This document shows positions 1 to 12,920 of a stretch of 64,000 nt of DNA, piece by piece. The DNA comes from Amphiscolops sp. MND2022. Lineage: Eukaryota. The translations under genes and the position numbers were made by a program. The number at the start of each line of letters is the position of its first letter. The stretch's first letter is position 1. Under the pieces are notes generated by a model, which saw nothing but the letters and a program-made list of their open reading frames with translations, ran no database searches and was not told the origin of the DNA. The stretch spans positions 46,376,001 to 46,440,000 of the forward strand of contig OZ076413.1 of the NCBI GenBank assembly GCA_964187785.1. Direction: 5' to 3'.

Positions 1-239
1 GAGGTCTAATGTCTTATGAAGGGCAACCTCTTTTGTTAATTTTTGGTGCATTGGCATCTGAGCCATTTTCCTCAATAGATGTGGGTTTGTTTCCTTTCAC
101 AACACGTTTGGTGCTCCTTATTTCGAAAGCCTCTCTGAAGCTCTAAATTTTGAAAAAATGCATTAGATCCGTTTTTGATTTTCACAGCAGATCGTTTCTG
201 GACATTATGAACTGAAGAAGGTCTTTAGGATGCCAACAC

Positions 240-1280
240 CCAATACAATTGTAATGTTGTAATATACAGTCACTGGTTCAAAAATTAGCAGGAAAATCAA
301 AATCGTGCCGAAAACTGTTGACATGTGAAAAATTGTTGACGAGTGTTTTGCAGAAACCTTCCGTTCGGCCACGTGTTTGCTGACGGGCATATCTCGTACG
401 TACTGTGAATCGTAATCTAGCAAAATGCTTAGTGGTTTGATCTCGTCGCTATTATATATTTGTGTCTGTAAAAGAAGCGAAAAGGCTCGTCAAAAATACA
501 TTGACCAAGACACTAAAGTTCATCTTTTACAATCTACGATTTTCGATTATCCACAAAAAGCATCTTGTATCTCCCAAAAAAGACATTTTCTGCACGGGAA
601 TAAAAGTTCTCTATCCAGAAAACGTTATGGCACCTCAGACCATGAGCGACAACTTTTTCCGCTCTTTTTTGACATGTTGATAATGACCATATTTCTGGTC
701 ATTTTTTTCGTCAAAAAATTTTTCCGGTCAATTCCAATGACTATTTGGAATTCATTCTAAAAATATTCAAAACTTGCAGTCTTGAAAAGTGAGATTTCGG
801 TGAATTTTGCAGTATTATACACTACTATTATACCCGAAGTGTCATATATTCTGCGAAGAAGTGTTGATAGAAAAATAAGGTTACCACGCGTTGTATTAGA
901 GTAAGGTGGAATCGTAGATAGCCAAATATATAGTAAAATGTTGTCAGAGCATCTTGTGCTAAATTTACCGCCACGGAAACGAACAAAGCATCTTCCCAAG
1001 ACAACGCCTGAGCCCATACTTTAAGGCATATGGTTCAATATTTTCAAGAAAGTAACATACTTCCCACTGATTGGCCTGCTCAAAGTTCGGATATAAATAT
1101 CATGGAGAACTTGTGGAAAGAAATCAAGATAATATCAGGTTCTCCCTTACCGATATCAAAAATTAAGATAAACTAGCTTGGTTGAACATTTTCTCGGAAA
1201 CTAGTGAAGAAAAATATGAAACTTTGTCGAAAAGATTGGAGGCTATTATCAAAATGAAGGGTTTATGAGCCAATTCTAAT
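240..1280 (+). pseudogene. Decayed Tc1/mariner transposase
   Basis: Frame-broken peptides match Tc1 motifs: VRPRV..RAYLVRTVNRN (~340-420), KKHLVSPK, QDNA*AH (997-1017), DWPAQSSDINIMENLWKEIK (1069-1128) and RLEAIIKMKG near 1235-1265. Multiple stops and frameshifts. Confidence 0.8.
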
Positions 1281-1959
1281 TTGTTTCATGTATATTGTCC
1301 TGTTTGACTTAGTGTGTCATGTCATCGAAAGTCTGTCATGTTTTTGATCAGTTGTTTTTGCTGCGAATTCTCTGAATAGAGACTGTAGAAAAACTTCATT
1401 GCAAAACTTGTATTAACAAACCAACTGTTTCGTTTGCAGTTAATTTCCGGACGGGATCTGAATGTTACCACGTTTTGCTACTTTTTGATAACAAACTTAC
1501 TTTTCCTAGATAGTTTTCATCTTTTTAACAGTATTCCCGTGCTTTGGAACTAATTTCGAATAAATTTCGAGATTTTTGTCGATTGGAACTTTCAGTGGTT
1601 TCTGCTCTCTTGTACAATTTCATTCAAATTCCATTTCTCCCCTCACCCAAACTAATTAAATATTCATCCTCTTGCACGTTGCTTTTAAAACTCTGCAAAA
1701 CAACAGTCAGCATAAAACCACTCATCATTTCAGTCATGATTGTCATCAGACCTGAAACCGTCATTTCATATTGTCCAAGACGCTCTGAACATTCACGAGT
1801 TGGCGTCAAAAATGCACATTATCTTCAGGTCAAGTTTTTTTCGGTGCTTCACTTAACTAATTATGCAAATGTAAGACGCAATTGCAGTTACTCAATGAAA
1901 GTCAATAACAAGACGAGAATGTCTCAAGTCGGTGCTATATCTAAGGCTCAAATAAAATC

Positions 1960-2245
1960 GAAGCTCAACCATTTTGAGCCAAAAATATCAGAAAAAAGTC
2001 GCACAGTGCCGAAAAAAAAACGAAAGGGGGACCCTTTACACTCATCCGGTTTTGTAGGCTACGTTTAAAAAGTGGACCCTTTGGAATAACTTAGATGCGT
2101 TTCCCGGGTATTCGTTTAGTTTCCTTTAGCTGAACGTTAACGTTCCTCGCTTCGAGTCTGTCTTGAAAAAAGAACAAAAAACGAGTGACTGTAATAGTCG
2201 GACTCTTTTATTAATAAAAGCACCGACTAAAAATCGAGACATGAT
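1960..2245. repeat. Dispersed repeat family (ggaccctt / gtcggca-ccgactaaaaa); related copies near 23100-23480 (inverted), 25590-25740 and 26310-26460
   Basis: Shared blocks such as ctatagtcg(g)actctttt...aaag(c/t)(a/g)ccgactaaaaa and agggg(g)accctttagtctc recur at these four places. Confidence 0.6.
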
Positions 2246-2389
2246 AAGGGAAACATTTGAATGGTGAAAAACTGGTTTGCTAAATAGTTGATCACGTCTC
2301 AGTTGAAAGTTGAAGATCACTGGAAAGAGAAATTAGCAAGAGTTTCAAAATATTTCGCACTGGATAACTTTCGAAGAAAAACCTCCTAC

Positions 2390-2560
2390 CTGAGCTGTCG
2401 TGAAAGCCATCGTCATTGGTTATAACTTGTATTGATGACACTGGGTTTTTCATTTTCTCATAGAACGCCCAAATTTGTTGCCCGATTGTAAAAATCATCA
2501 AGGAGATAAAAGCACCACTGAGTAAAAAAATGGTTCGGTAATGCATTTTGTAGAGATTTG
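2390..2560 (-). CDS. Putative host exon: TM helix plus FYEKMKNPVSSI motif, PAC/TMEM206-like or DEG/ENaC-like
   Basis: 171-nt open segment bounded by tttctatag| and |gtagga, phase 1 to phase 1. Encodes NLYKMHYRTIFLLSGAFISLMIFTIGQQIWAFYEKMKNPVSSIQVITNDDGFHDSS. Resembles vertebrate PACC1 TM1 followed by ITDFREKLKHPVMSV (recalled from memory). Confidence 0.4.
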
Positions 2561-5500
2561 CTATAGAAACTAAACGACTCCTATTTTAATTTTTCAGGAA
2601 CGAATGAACTGTTTATATACTATTCAGTATACTATTCTATAGATTATTTGAAAAAGATCAAATCTGAAGAGGAGCATTTGAACATCTCAATTTTCGGTTG
2701 GATAAAAAATAACGGGAAGGTTTTTGGTCTTTGTGATAAATCCAGATTAACTGCAGTCGAATTTGGCCATTTCTTGATATCTTCTTAGCCTGGAAACCTG
2801 TAAAATGAACCATTACTGTCTGCCAAAATTCCGGAGTTGTTTTGCACAAACAGCCAATGAAATTCCTTTTGTGCGGAATCATTTTGTTGCTTTGTCCAAT
2901 GAAAAGGGAAAGTCTCAATCTTTGCTCTGCAAAAATCTCTCTATTCTTCCAACATGAAATGACAAAGTCGAGTGACCTTGATTTCAATATATTCATTTCC
3001 AGCGTTTTCAATAAACAACCACAGATAACCTAGTCGCTAGTGATTTGCGTTAGGGAATTCATTTGGCCTTCAAGAGATCTTTGCCATGACTATAATATTT
3101 GCAGGGTAAGTACTGAACAAAAAAAGGTGATTAAAACGATCTATTTTGTTTTGAAAAAAAGTCCCCATAAATTTCTACAGCTTTGTGAATTTATCACAAA
3201 ACCTACAAAAATTTGAAACACTTGTTTCTTCTAATGATTTTCTGGAATCCATATCCGTGTATTTAATCTATGACCAAGCCCCGTCATGAAATATCATAAT
3301 TCCAGGAAGATCAAAACTCCCCCAAAACGCCTGAAAAAGTTCTTCCCAAGAGATGAATTTAGAAACTTATTGAAATTTTGCAGCAAAATAATCAAAAATT
3401 TGCTGAAAACAAAAAGCACATTCAAAAATTCCGATATCTGCTCTCGATGTTCGTAAACTAGGATTGTTCGAAAACTAGAAAAGTAGCCCGAAAATTTTGA
3501 TTTGCCTGAATTAAGCCAAAGGCCAGATATGGGCTCCAAAAAGCTCTTTCCTACCTGAGCACGTCAGAAAACCAAAAAACATTGGTGAAAACCCAAAAAA
3601 TATATACCAATGTGGTGGTGCGATAGCTCTAAAAAATTTTTTCTAGCAAAAATTGCCATTTGATTGAACACACACAGTTGAAAAAAAAATAAAACGGGGA
3701 CACTTTTGTCAAACGCAGTTTTGAAGCTATTGTGAAGCAGAAACGATAGGTGAGATGGCACCGTGATTTTTTTCCGAATTCTCCTACAAGATGCCTCTTA
3801 AGAATTCATACATCAATTGTTTGAGAAAAAACACTGAGAACAAATTAATTCATAAAAGGTTTCGAAAACACAGTTTCAAAATTACTATTTCCGCCACTTT
3901 CTTCTTTGCAAAACCTTTTTGAATAATCACTAAAACACTTTGAATAAACTTTTGGGAAGTAAAATAACTAACAACTCCAGGAGTAAACCCTATTTGAGTT
4001 TTCTCTCAATTCAATCCCCCACATTGGTTTCAACCCACCATATTACAAATTAATTTCCCCACTTCCTGATTAACAGTTTGGTTCTCTGAAAAATACCCAG
4101 GTTGATAACTAGACTAATTATTAGCGGAAAATTATTCTTTTCTGGTGAGATTTACTCTGTCACGGTCTAGCAATTGTTATTCCTTTGTGGAATCAACTGG
4201 AAACAATTGATTTTTAAACAGCCCCGCTTACGTCACACCCTCTGCTAACTTTCCGTCAACAGTTTCAGGAGCCGATGCATTTCGAGAGCGACTCTGGTGT
4301 TGAAAACCGTCTTGTACTTCACAATTGTTACCAACGTCATATGTCACTTCACAAAATGATACCAAAACACATGGTGCAACGAAAAGCGATAACAAAAGCA
4401 AGAAAGTGAAACAAACTGTTCATCGCTTCATGCGAAATTCTATGTGCACCCTTCTTTCATTTGTAAGAATTCCTGATGACCACAAAGGCCTTTTGTATGC
4501 TTTTGTTTCATTTCAAGGTTGAGGAAAAACTGAATAGAGGAAAATTATCCGAACTACTAAAATCCAGAATAGTTTAGGTCGAAACAGTAGCTATTACTTT
4601 TGGTAGTATTTTGAGAAACCTTATAAATATTTTTCGTTTCATTGAATGTTTCTTGTATAAGATATATTGAGCTTTAAAACGCATGCTTTTACATGTCTGC
4701 TGCTTGGCCATTCAGGTACTTCATTAGATATTTGAAAAAAAAAACACACAATCCTCCAAAAACAATGTTGGCAAACAAAATTTTTGTGGATAAACTGTAA
4801 AAATATCATCAAAAAGAAGCTAGATGTTTGAAATATTGAATCGCTCATCCTTCTTTTCATATCAAATTGTAACAGATCTCATTCCTATGAATCTTTCTGA
4901 ATTTCAGTGAAAATTGGTCATATTCGTTAGAATGTGTAACGGCAAGCTGTTGTCGGTTGCTTAACACGTTAACAGAGGTGGAGGAACCTGCAGAAATGGG
5001 CGAATGGTTCGGGACAGGCTCCCATCGCCACAGATCCATTTTGCCTCCAGGGGTGAAATACGTCCCGAGGTCGTGGGTGCTTCGACGAATACTGTCCAAC
5101 CGGTCCTAGTCTTTGATTGCTAATAGTAGCGGGCATCTTTCTGACTCTCTGAAGACCACCGCTTAACTAGCTTGTAAAAACAATGCCAAGAATGAGGTAA
5201 ATTTCCAATTTGAGGGTGACATGGGTACTAAGCTCTAAAATGGGGAATACCGTCTAAAATGCCAAAACTAGCGCTCGAGCTAGCTAAAACCAGTGAAAAT
5301 ACATCAGAACAGGTACGAATATGGCAAACCACACAGCTAAAAGCTGGGGCGCATGGGCTCCAAGCACCAAACAAGGATAATTAAGCCAAACGACTCATTT
5401 TGCTGGTTTCCGCTACTTAAGGTAGCATTATGCTAAAATCAAAGAAAACCAGGGTTAGCACCTGAAAAAGAGTCTTTTTATGAGATTTTTAAGCGCATGG

Positions 5501-6465
5501 GCTTCTTCGTTCTCTGTCTTCTCGCTCGGTCTTGCTCGGTCCTCATTTTGCATGGAAAATGGCGAAAACAGCGAAAAGAGCAATCACATGGCCAGTGCCA
5601 CGTCACACAGCGGATTAGAATTTTTGACAAAATTTCTGAACATGTCCAAGTCGCAAAATCGCTGTACCAGAGGTTCCCGTTACAATGCCTGCAGTTGTTT
5701 ACCCTAACTTCTCTAATCGTGTCTTCAATCGGTGCTTTATTACATAAAATGCCACTAATATAGTGGTTTTTCGTCTATTTTCTTCAAAAATCCGGTTAAA
5801 TCGTTGAAGCGACGATAGAAGATCAACCAAACGATTTAAATCTTTAATTTTAATCTTTTTAAATTACTTTCAGTGATTCACCTGAAGTGGATCAAAGAGG
5901 TTCAACGTTTCCTCCTTTCGTTTTTAACAGTTTCATTTGGTCTGCGAAGTTATGAATGAGTTTTTTCGGCAGTGTGAGACTCACAAAAGAGTTACCCTTT
6001 GTTTTTTCTAATCTGTTATAAAAGAAATTTTCGGCTTGAAGGGACTTCCATTCGAATATTTTTTTGACTCTGTGAGATTTCGAAAAAATATCAAAAACGC
6101 TTCAACGATTTGAAGTGCTTATGCTGATCACAATTTATGCCGACTCAAAAAGCGGAAAGAATTTGAAATGTGTTCGAAAGCTGCTTCTAAAAAATGCAAA
6201 ATCTCAAAGCACTATCTTTAATTCGAATGGGACTTTTTAGCTAAAAATGAAGCTTTTTCCTAACTGAAATTATTCAAAAAATCAATCAAAACATGGAAAT
6301 CTTCTGTTTCATATTGGGGTTATAGGGTATCTTTTTTCTGAAAGAAGTGAAAAAATTCCCGCTTAGCTGTCGACATGATCAAGTTGTTCTCACACTTTGA
6401 TTTCTCAACTGATACTCTGATTTAACAATCATCGCATTTCAAATAAACGGAAGACCAGGCTAAAT

Positions 6466-7151
6466 GGGAGGCGGAAATTTCGTCGCCAGAAGTTTCGTCG
6501 TCAGAAACTTCGTTGTAGGGAATTTTGTCGTATTGATTAGAATTAACCATTTGAATCATTCAATTAATTAATAACTAAAATGAGAACACTGTTTTTGACT
6601 CAATTTACCTTTGCTTTTTGACTCGTTTGTTTTTGATTTTGACTCATTTTATGTTTGTTTTTTGACTCGTTTGTTTTTGATTTTGACTCAATTTACGTTA
6701 GTTTTTGACTCAACGTATGGTTCATTTTCACACCAAAATTGAGTCAAAACGTTATTCAAAGTTAGTCACCAAAAACATTCAATCAAATCAAGACATTTAT
6801 TGACGACGCAGCGGTATATTTTCAGTCCTTAACTATATTTCCGATGTGCGTTCTTTTCACCCCATGATCGTTTCACCCCAGGGACAAAGTAGAAAAAAGA
6901 TATCAAAAATCCGGATAATTTTCGCTTCAAGTGTTGAAGTTGGTGAAAGAAACAAGGTGTATCTGGGGAGATAAGAAACATGGTCCGAATTTTTCCTCTC
7001 AAAACCATAACTAAAAGTCAATGATAGCAATAATTGCACATTTAACGATAGATCAGACAATTCCTAATAGATTAGATCAAATGCGACGTTTTATAGAACG
7101 ACGAAGGAACTTCCATTTTTGACATTTCCTTCGACAAAATTTCTGGTAATC
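6466..7151. mobile_element. Possible MITE / non-autonomous DNA transposon
   Basis: Left end has repeated aaattt(c/t)gtcg motifs, right end has inverted cgacgaa/cgacaaaattt motifs, and the interior has about six TTTTGACTC repeats (6590-6715). ggctaaa flanks both sides (possible TSD). Confidence 0.4.
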
Positions 7152-7420
7152 GGCTAAAAATGACTCAAATGGCCAGTTTGTAGCGTGATTGAAGGAGTTT
7201 TGTATTTAATAATGCCCAGATGCATTTGAAAATACAATTTATGTATAATAAAACCTGCCAAACTTGGAAAATGCGGCTTGAAAAGGCCACCATATTTATA
7301 TGAATCTTTCAAGCAGCTTGATAAAATTCGAATACAACAGGGAAAACTTAATGCTCGGAAGTTTTGCTGGACTTGTTTTGAAAATAATGGTAATAATTGG
7401 TAAATAGTTTTTGAACATGG

Positions 7421-8176
7421 TGTAACGTCCGGCTAGCGGCGCACATCTAGGAAGAGGGACAATGCTTAGGGTGCTTAAACAGGAGACCGTTGCCTTACTA
7501 CACTCCTAAACACTAGTTTTTGATCCCAAAATGGTCTCCATGGGGGACTTTTCTAACGTCTAAGGAGGCTCCTCTGGTTAGAGCTCCGAGGCGACGTGCC
7601 GGCACTCTCAAAGTCCGGACACGCCCCACAAGCCTGTAAAAACAAATCCTAAGGTTTTTAGCGTGTTCCTGCCATCTCCCACATACTTCCGAGGTCCAAA
7701 AAGGTGTCTAGCTGAAATACACTATATTGGTGAATAAGGACTAAAATGAGGCCCTAGTAGGTCAAACATTATCCAAATACGCTATAAACAGTCAAAGTAG
7801 GTGGGGATAGGCCCCAATAAAGTATACAGTTACAGTTCGGTGGCGATCATCGGCTTCCTGCCTCTGGCATCATTCCTCATCTTCGGGGCACAATGGTCTC
7901 ATTTGGCACTTTTCTGCCAAAACCCTGTCTTTTTGCTGTCAGATGGCCGAATTCCTGATTCTCACGCCTTCTGGGTGATGACATCTCGGACATTCTCGTT
8001 CCTGGGTGGTGGGTTGGGTCTTCTGGTGGTCGTTTTTTGCTTTCATTTTTGCTTCCTCTACGGTTTTCGTACCTGCTGGGTCGGCCATCTTGAATGTGCT
8101 TGTTTGATACCGCACATTTCGAATTTTTGATCGAAATTTTCAAAAACTTCTGCAACGCCGACTGCCGGACGTTACA
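7421..8176 (-). repeat. 3' LTR of the non-autonomous element
   Basis: Starts tgtaacgtccggc, ends gccggacgttaca (13-bp terminal inverted repeat); matches 11783-12538. Confidence 0.95.
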
Positions 8177-8190
8177 TCCTCCCCGGGCCG
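8177..8190 (-). promoter_or_regulatory. Polypurine tract
   Basis: Minus strand reads cggcccggggagga immediately before the TGTAAC of the 3' LTR. Confidence 0.6.
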
Positions 8191-11100
8191 TAGTTTGTCG
8201 TCCTCGACAAACGAGAGAGGACGTTCACATCTTGGTTGCCACCATCCAATAATCCAGTGATACTGTTGCAACATGGTACTTCAGGAATCTAAATGGAAAT
8301 CGTTGCCCAAAAACACGTTATTGCCCAAAAACATGAGTTTTTGCCAGCTTAGCAGGCTTCCTTGGATTCCACACCAACAACGGGTTCTTGCACTGGAAAA
8401 ATATTAGCAACTTTAGACACTTAGCCTTATATTCAAAACAAATTCAAACTTTTAATTTCGCACCAAAATTTCAAAATTTTTAGCACCTTATTGCATCTGC
8501 ATAAAAAGCACTCATCACAATAGGTTTGGCACTGACCTGGGGTCCGCCTGATAGGTTAGGTTTTATAAAATGCACGATAGCACTTGAAAAGCGAAAAATA
8601 AAAGTAACAGCTGTGGTCTTGCAAAGTTCATGGCCAACAGAAACTGCACAATAACTAGCACTAATGGTGAAATAGGCCTCAAAAAATCAAAATTATCACC
8701 AAAAATGAGGAACTATTCAACCTATTGTGTCAACAGTGTACGCTCAGTTAAAGTTATTGTCTAGGCAGTACAAGCACCAGTGTATATGCAAGAGATGGAA
8801 ACAAACTACTTCTCAAGAGGGGACAATGTCACTAACGATGATAGAGCAGAACCAATAAAAGTCAAAAATCAGGCATGATAGATCATGAAAACAGTCTTCA
8901 GCATTAAAAACAAGTTCCAGAACAATCAATCGGGTTCTAAAAGCACGGCCGCTGGCCAAGCAGTTCTCAGAGCTTCGAAGCTCTAGGTGTTTCATCATGC
9001 TTGGTGTTGACTTCTCTCGGGTGAGTACGGGTACTCCCCGGGCCAATCTCTGGTCCGGTGTTTTCACATCGACATGGTTCACGCAACTGTGGTACCGAGC
9101 ACCAAAGTACGCCATAGGCATGAATTGAGCAGCGAACACTGATTTTTTGAGAAGTCTGCTTGGCTACAGATGTTAGATTGTCTGAAATGTCCGTTTGGCA
9201 CTCATGCTGCCCTGCTTCTGGAGGGCACAAGTAATAACAAAAATGTGATTAGAGACTACCGGTAGACCTTGGGGTGAGTAGGACAATGGACACTGAGTTT
9301 GAAGTGCTTTCTTGCCTTACGATCGTAGCACGATCAGAAAAAGCGTTCTTTTTCGACTATGGTAGTCGCTACTGCACTTGTTGTCCTGTTTTGAGACGCA
9401 CTGCGTACAAAGTCTAAACTTCTAAAAGTGCCTATAAACGCGCTCCAGCACCCGTAGGGCCCATGGGGCACTGAGTATGCGTAATCTCAATGAACAGATT
9501 GCACTCAAGTGACTTTGATAGCAGCCGGGAGGCGAATTTCCATTTTCGGTTTTTCACCTCCATGTCTCATAGATCGGTTTTCTCAGAGACCCGAGATCTT
9601 AGGGTCAGCTTAGCACTATTCAAAGTGATTCAAGAAGACGTCCTGAGGGCGCTCGGTATGCTAATTGGGTCGTCTTGGCCCTCACTGGCATGTACACTGC
9701 GAAAAACTATGTGATTTTTTGCAAAAATGCCCAAAATCAACAATTTTTTCGTCAACATGCACCTCCGGGGAAGGTGAAAATCACTTGTAGCGCTGCTAGC
9801 GACTTGAAAATTTCACACCGTCTAATACACTGGTTGAATCGTGGGGAATGAACCTCCGATTGCGTCAAAATTGATCCTGTGGGTGTCACGGCCACTTAAC
9901 AATGTTCACTGAAAAATTGACTATGTCGCGAAATTCACAAAAAGTGGTCAAACTCGCCTTCTAGGTGTCCTAGCTACCTGAAATTTCGCATGCGAGCGTA
10001 TTTTATGCCTGCACGACGGAAAAATTCAGCAGCGAGGTGCCTTGACCTATATCTGGCGATTTGAAGTGACAAAACCTTGATGTACCAAGGGTACCGCTTT
10101 TTCGGGTCAAAATTCACAAAAACGTCAATTTCTCAGCTTTGGCTAGTAGCCGGCTGCTCAAATTGCACAAATCGTCGTGATCCAGTGCCGTGCGCACGAA
10201 AATGCAAGAATTTTAGTGTTGGGATACCTGCGAGGTATTGCACTATGCTCAACTAAAATTCAATTTTTTCGACATTTTCGGATCATTTTTGAGCAAAACT
10301 GCGGCTAAGATTTCTCGATCACTAGAAACAGTAGCGCTACGAAAATTACACCACTAACGTAACTTTTTGCGGTCTACATGATGGTGCAATCCGTTTTGGG
10401 CTACTCCTGCTAGGAGAGATTTCGACCTTTCTTTGAAACACTATTTCAATGTTCCGATAATGTCGCAAAAATAGCACGTTTTGGGCTATTTCTCAACAAC
10501 CACTGGTTGGAACCACTCGCGGTTTTCGGCGTTAGTAATCTAGTACTCTCTACTAACAGAAAATAAGCGAGTGAAACCTGGCAGGTTCCAAATAAGGTTT
10601 CTCAAAATTGATTTTAGGTTACACCTTGGACACTCTGGGAGCACCTATGAAAAACACGTATTTTCCCTAGGAACTTTTTATTCTTCGGTTCCCAGAGGTT
10701 CGAGATGGTTTTAACAGTATAGTAGGAAGGTGTAACTACTTTATTCAGGGGAGTGGGGTTCTTTCAATTATTACTTTTGATGTTATAGCTCTCAGGTCTA
10801 TGGGGTCCTGTGCTCAGGTCTATTTTAATGAAAGAAAAGTAATGTTAAAACTTCAATTTATATTGGGGGCAGTCAAAAACCGTCTTGGTAGTAGTATTGC
10901 ATACTACCAAGCTCAACTACAAAATTTTTGGGCCTTTCAAGAGGCTTGGGGACAGACGCCCAAGGCTTCGCCCTTGTCAAAATTGGTCAAAATGGCCAAT
11001 TTTGCCGATTTTTGAACAAAAATTGCTGAAATTTTCATGTTTTCGTGAAAAATAGCCCAACAAAAACTTTTGTTCTCGACCTGGTAGGTCCAACAGAACG

Positions 11101-11748
11101 TCTTTCAGGTATTCCCACAGGCCGTATACAGTTCTATAAAATTCTGGCTTTCAAAACGGGAAAATTCGATATTTGAGCTGTTATTAGTGTTATTTTTGGC
11201 GTTTTCGAGCTCAAGTCCCTAAAATAACTGATGCAAATACCCTGTGGGTATTTTTCACGGTTAATTTATGCAAAAACAGGCCTGGGAATACTAATTTTGG
11301 GCTAGAAAACGTAAAGGGGGCGAAATAACCCAGCTGTCTTCGGTGAATTGGCACCAGGTGGGGAGGAAGAGGCTATGAGGTGAAGCACCTGCAGTCCTGC
11401 ACTCAGCTGGCTCGGGTCTTCACAAACCGTCCTCGCTGTCCCTATACATTGCCAATTAGCTGAAAAGAAGCTGGAAAACCCGTTAAAACACGTTCCGGAT
11501 AAGCCGGAATAGCTTTTTTAACTAGTACAGATAAGGTAAAAGGGGGTACACCGTTTCAAACTGTCTTTTTCAGGCTTGGGACCTCGGAAACATGCAGGAA
11601 ACGCAGGAAAAACGCTAATACAAGGCCCAAAGGGCTAGAATAAGGCAGTAAAAACAATCTAGGACTCTCCTAAAAGCTTCTCCTAGATCCGGACCTTTCA
11701 GGGCCGGAAAGCAGGAGTTGCTCCTCGCAGGACGCGGTAAGGAAAAAT

Positions 11749-11766
11749 ATCCCTCTGTGGTCGCCA
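11749..11766 (-). promoter_or_regulatory. Primer-binding site, tRNA-Arg-like
   Basis: Minus strand TGGCGACCACAGAGGGAT resembles the complement of the tRNA-Arg(TCG) 3' end (TGGCGACCACGAAGGGA). It lies 16 nt inside the LTR end. Confidence 0.65.
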
Positions 11767-11782
11767 TAAAAACTATTCCAGA

Positions 11783-12538
11783 TGTAACGTCCGGCTAGCG
11801 GCGCACATCTAGGAAGAGGGACAATGCTTAGGGTGCTTAAACAGGAGACCGTTGCCTTACTACACTCCTAAACACTAGTTTTTGATCCCAAAATGGTCTC
11901 CATGGGGGACTTTTCTAACGTCTAAGGAGGCTCCTCTGGTTAGAGCTCCGAGGCGACGTGCCGGCACTCTCAAAGTCCGGACACGCCCCACAAGCCTGTA
12001 AAAACAAATCCTAAGGTTTTTAGCGTGTTCCTGCCATCTCCCACATACTTCCGAGGTCCAAAAAGGTGTCTAGCTGAAATACACTATATTGGTGAATAAG
12101 GACTAAAATGAGGCCCTAGTAGGTCAAACATTATCCAAATACGCTATAAACAGTCAAAGTAGGTGGGGATAGGCCCCAATAAAGTATACAGTTACAGTTC
12201 GGTGGCGATCATCGGCTTCCTGCCTCTGGCATCATTCCTCATCTTCGGGGCACAATGGTCTCATTTGGCACTTTTCTGCCAAAACCCTGTCTTTTTGCTG
12301 TCAGATGGCCGAATTCCTGATTCTCACGCCTTCTGGGTGATGACATCTCGGACATTCTCGTTCCTGGGTGGTGGGTTGGGTCTTCTGGTGGTCGTTTTTT
12401 GCTTTCATTTTTGCTTCCTCTACGGTTTTCGTACCTGCTGGGTCGGCCATCTTGAATGTGCTTGTTTGATACCGCACATTTCGAATTTTTGATCGAAATT
12501 TTCAAAAACTTCTGCAACGCCGACTGCCGGACGTTACA
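11783..12538 (-). repeat. 5' LTR of the non-autonomous element
   Basis: Direct repeat of 7421-8176 at offset 4362; the ORF-track translations in the two copies are identical. Confidence 0.95.
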
Positions 12539-12920
12539 TGGTTTAATTCCAATATCGACTGAATTCGTGTACCAGAGGGTGCCGTTACAAATTGTCGATT
12601 TTCATTTTGATAGTGGAATCTAAAGCACATTTCGCAATGTACTTCTAAAAGAGTCTTCATCAATTATTTTACTAGGTTTTTAATTATTTCAGTGGAAAAT
12701 TAACCCTGCGAGCTGGCCTGCGGCATGCAAGAGGTTTCAGCATGCTGCAGAGACTGCAGTCTCAAATTGGGCAATCACAAAAAACTTCGGCAAAGAAAAA
12801 AGGTTTTAGAGCATCAACTCTTTTTTTGATTACGTCACATATATGAACTGAATAACTTTTATTTTCGTTTTTCAATCTTCTTTTTTGGCAACAGGTGGGT
12901 GGAGTACTCAGAAGGAGTAC

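Larger units (their letters stand above)
7421..12538 (-). mobile_element. Non-autonomous LTR retrotransposon (LARD-like), very recent insertion
   Basis: Two 756-bp direct repeats with TGTAAC...GTTACA ends, identical wherever compared. PBS-like and PPT-like motifs orient it to the minus strand. The 3.6-kb interior has no recognisable gag/pol. Confidence 0.9.

Noticed and set aside
1544-2068. 174-aa plus-strand ORF
   Set aside because: Non-ATG start, no recognisable domain, and it runs into a dispersed repeat.
5660-5695. Similarity to 12568-12595 (gtaccagagg.t.ccgttacaa)
   Set aside because: Too short to distinguish paralogous exons from a repeat fragment or chance.
7403-7412. 10-bp inverted match between the left flank (aatagttttt) and the PBS spacer (11768-11777)
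   Set aside because: A short AT-rich match at one locus cannot support sequence-guided targeting without other insertion sites.
7801-8155. ORFs of 109 aa (+) and 92 aa (-) duplicated at 12163-12517
   Set aside because: They lie within the LTRs, have non-ATG starts and no motifs; the duplication simply reflects LTR identity.
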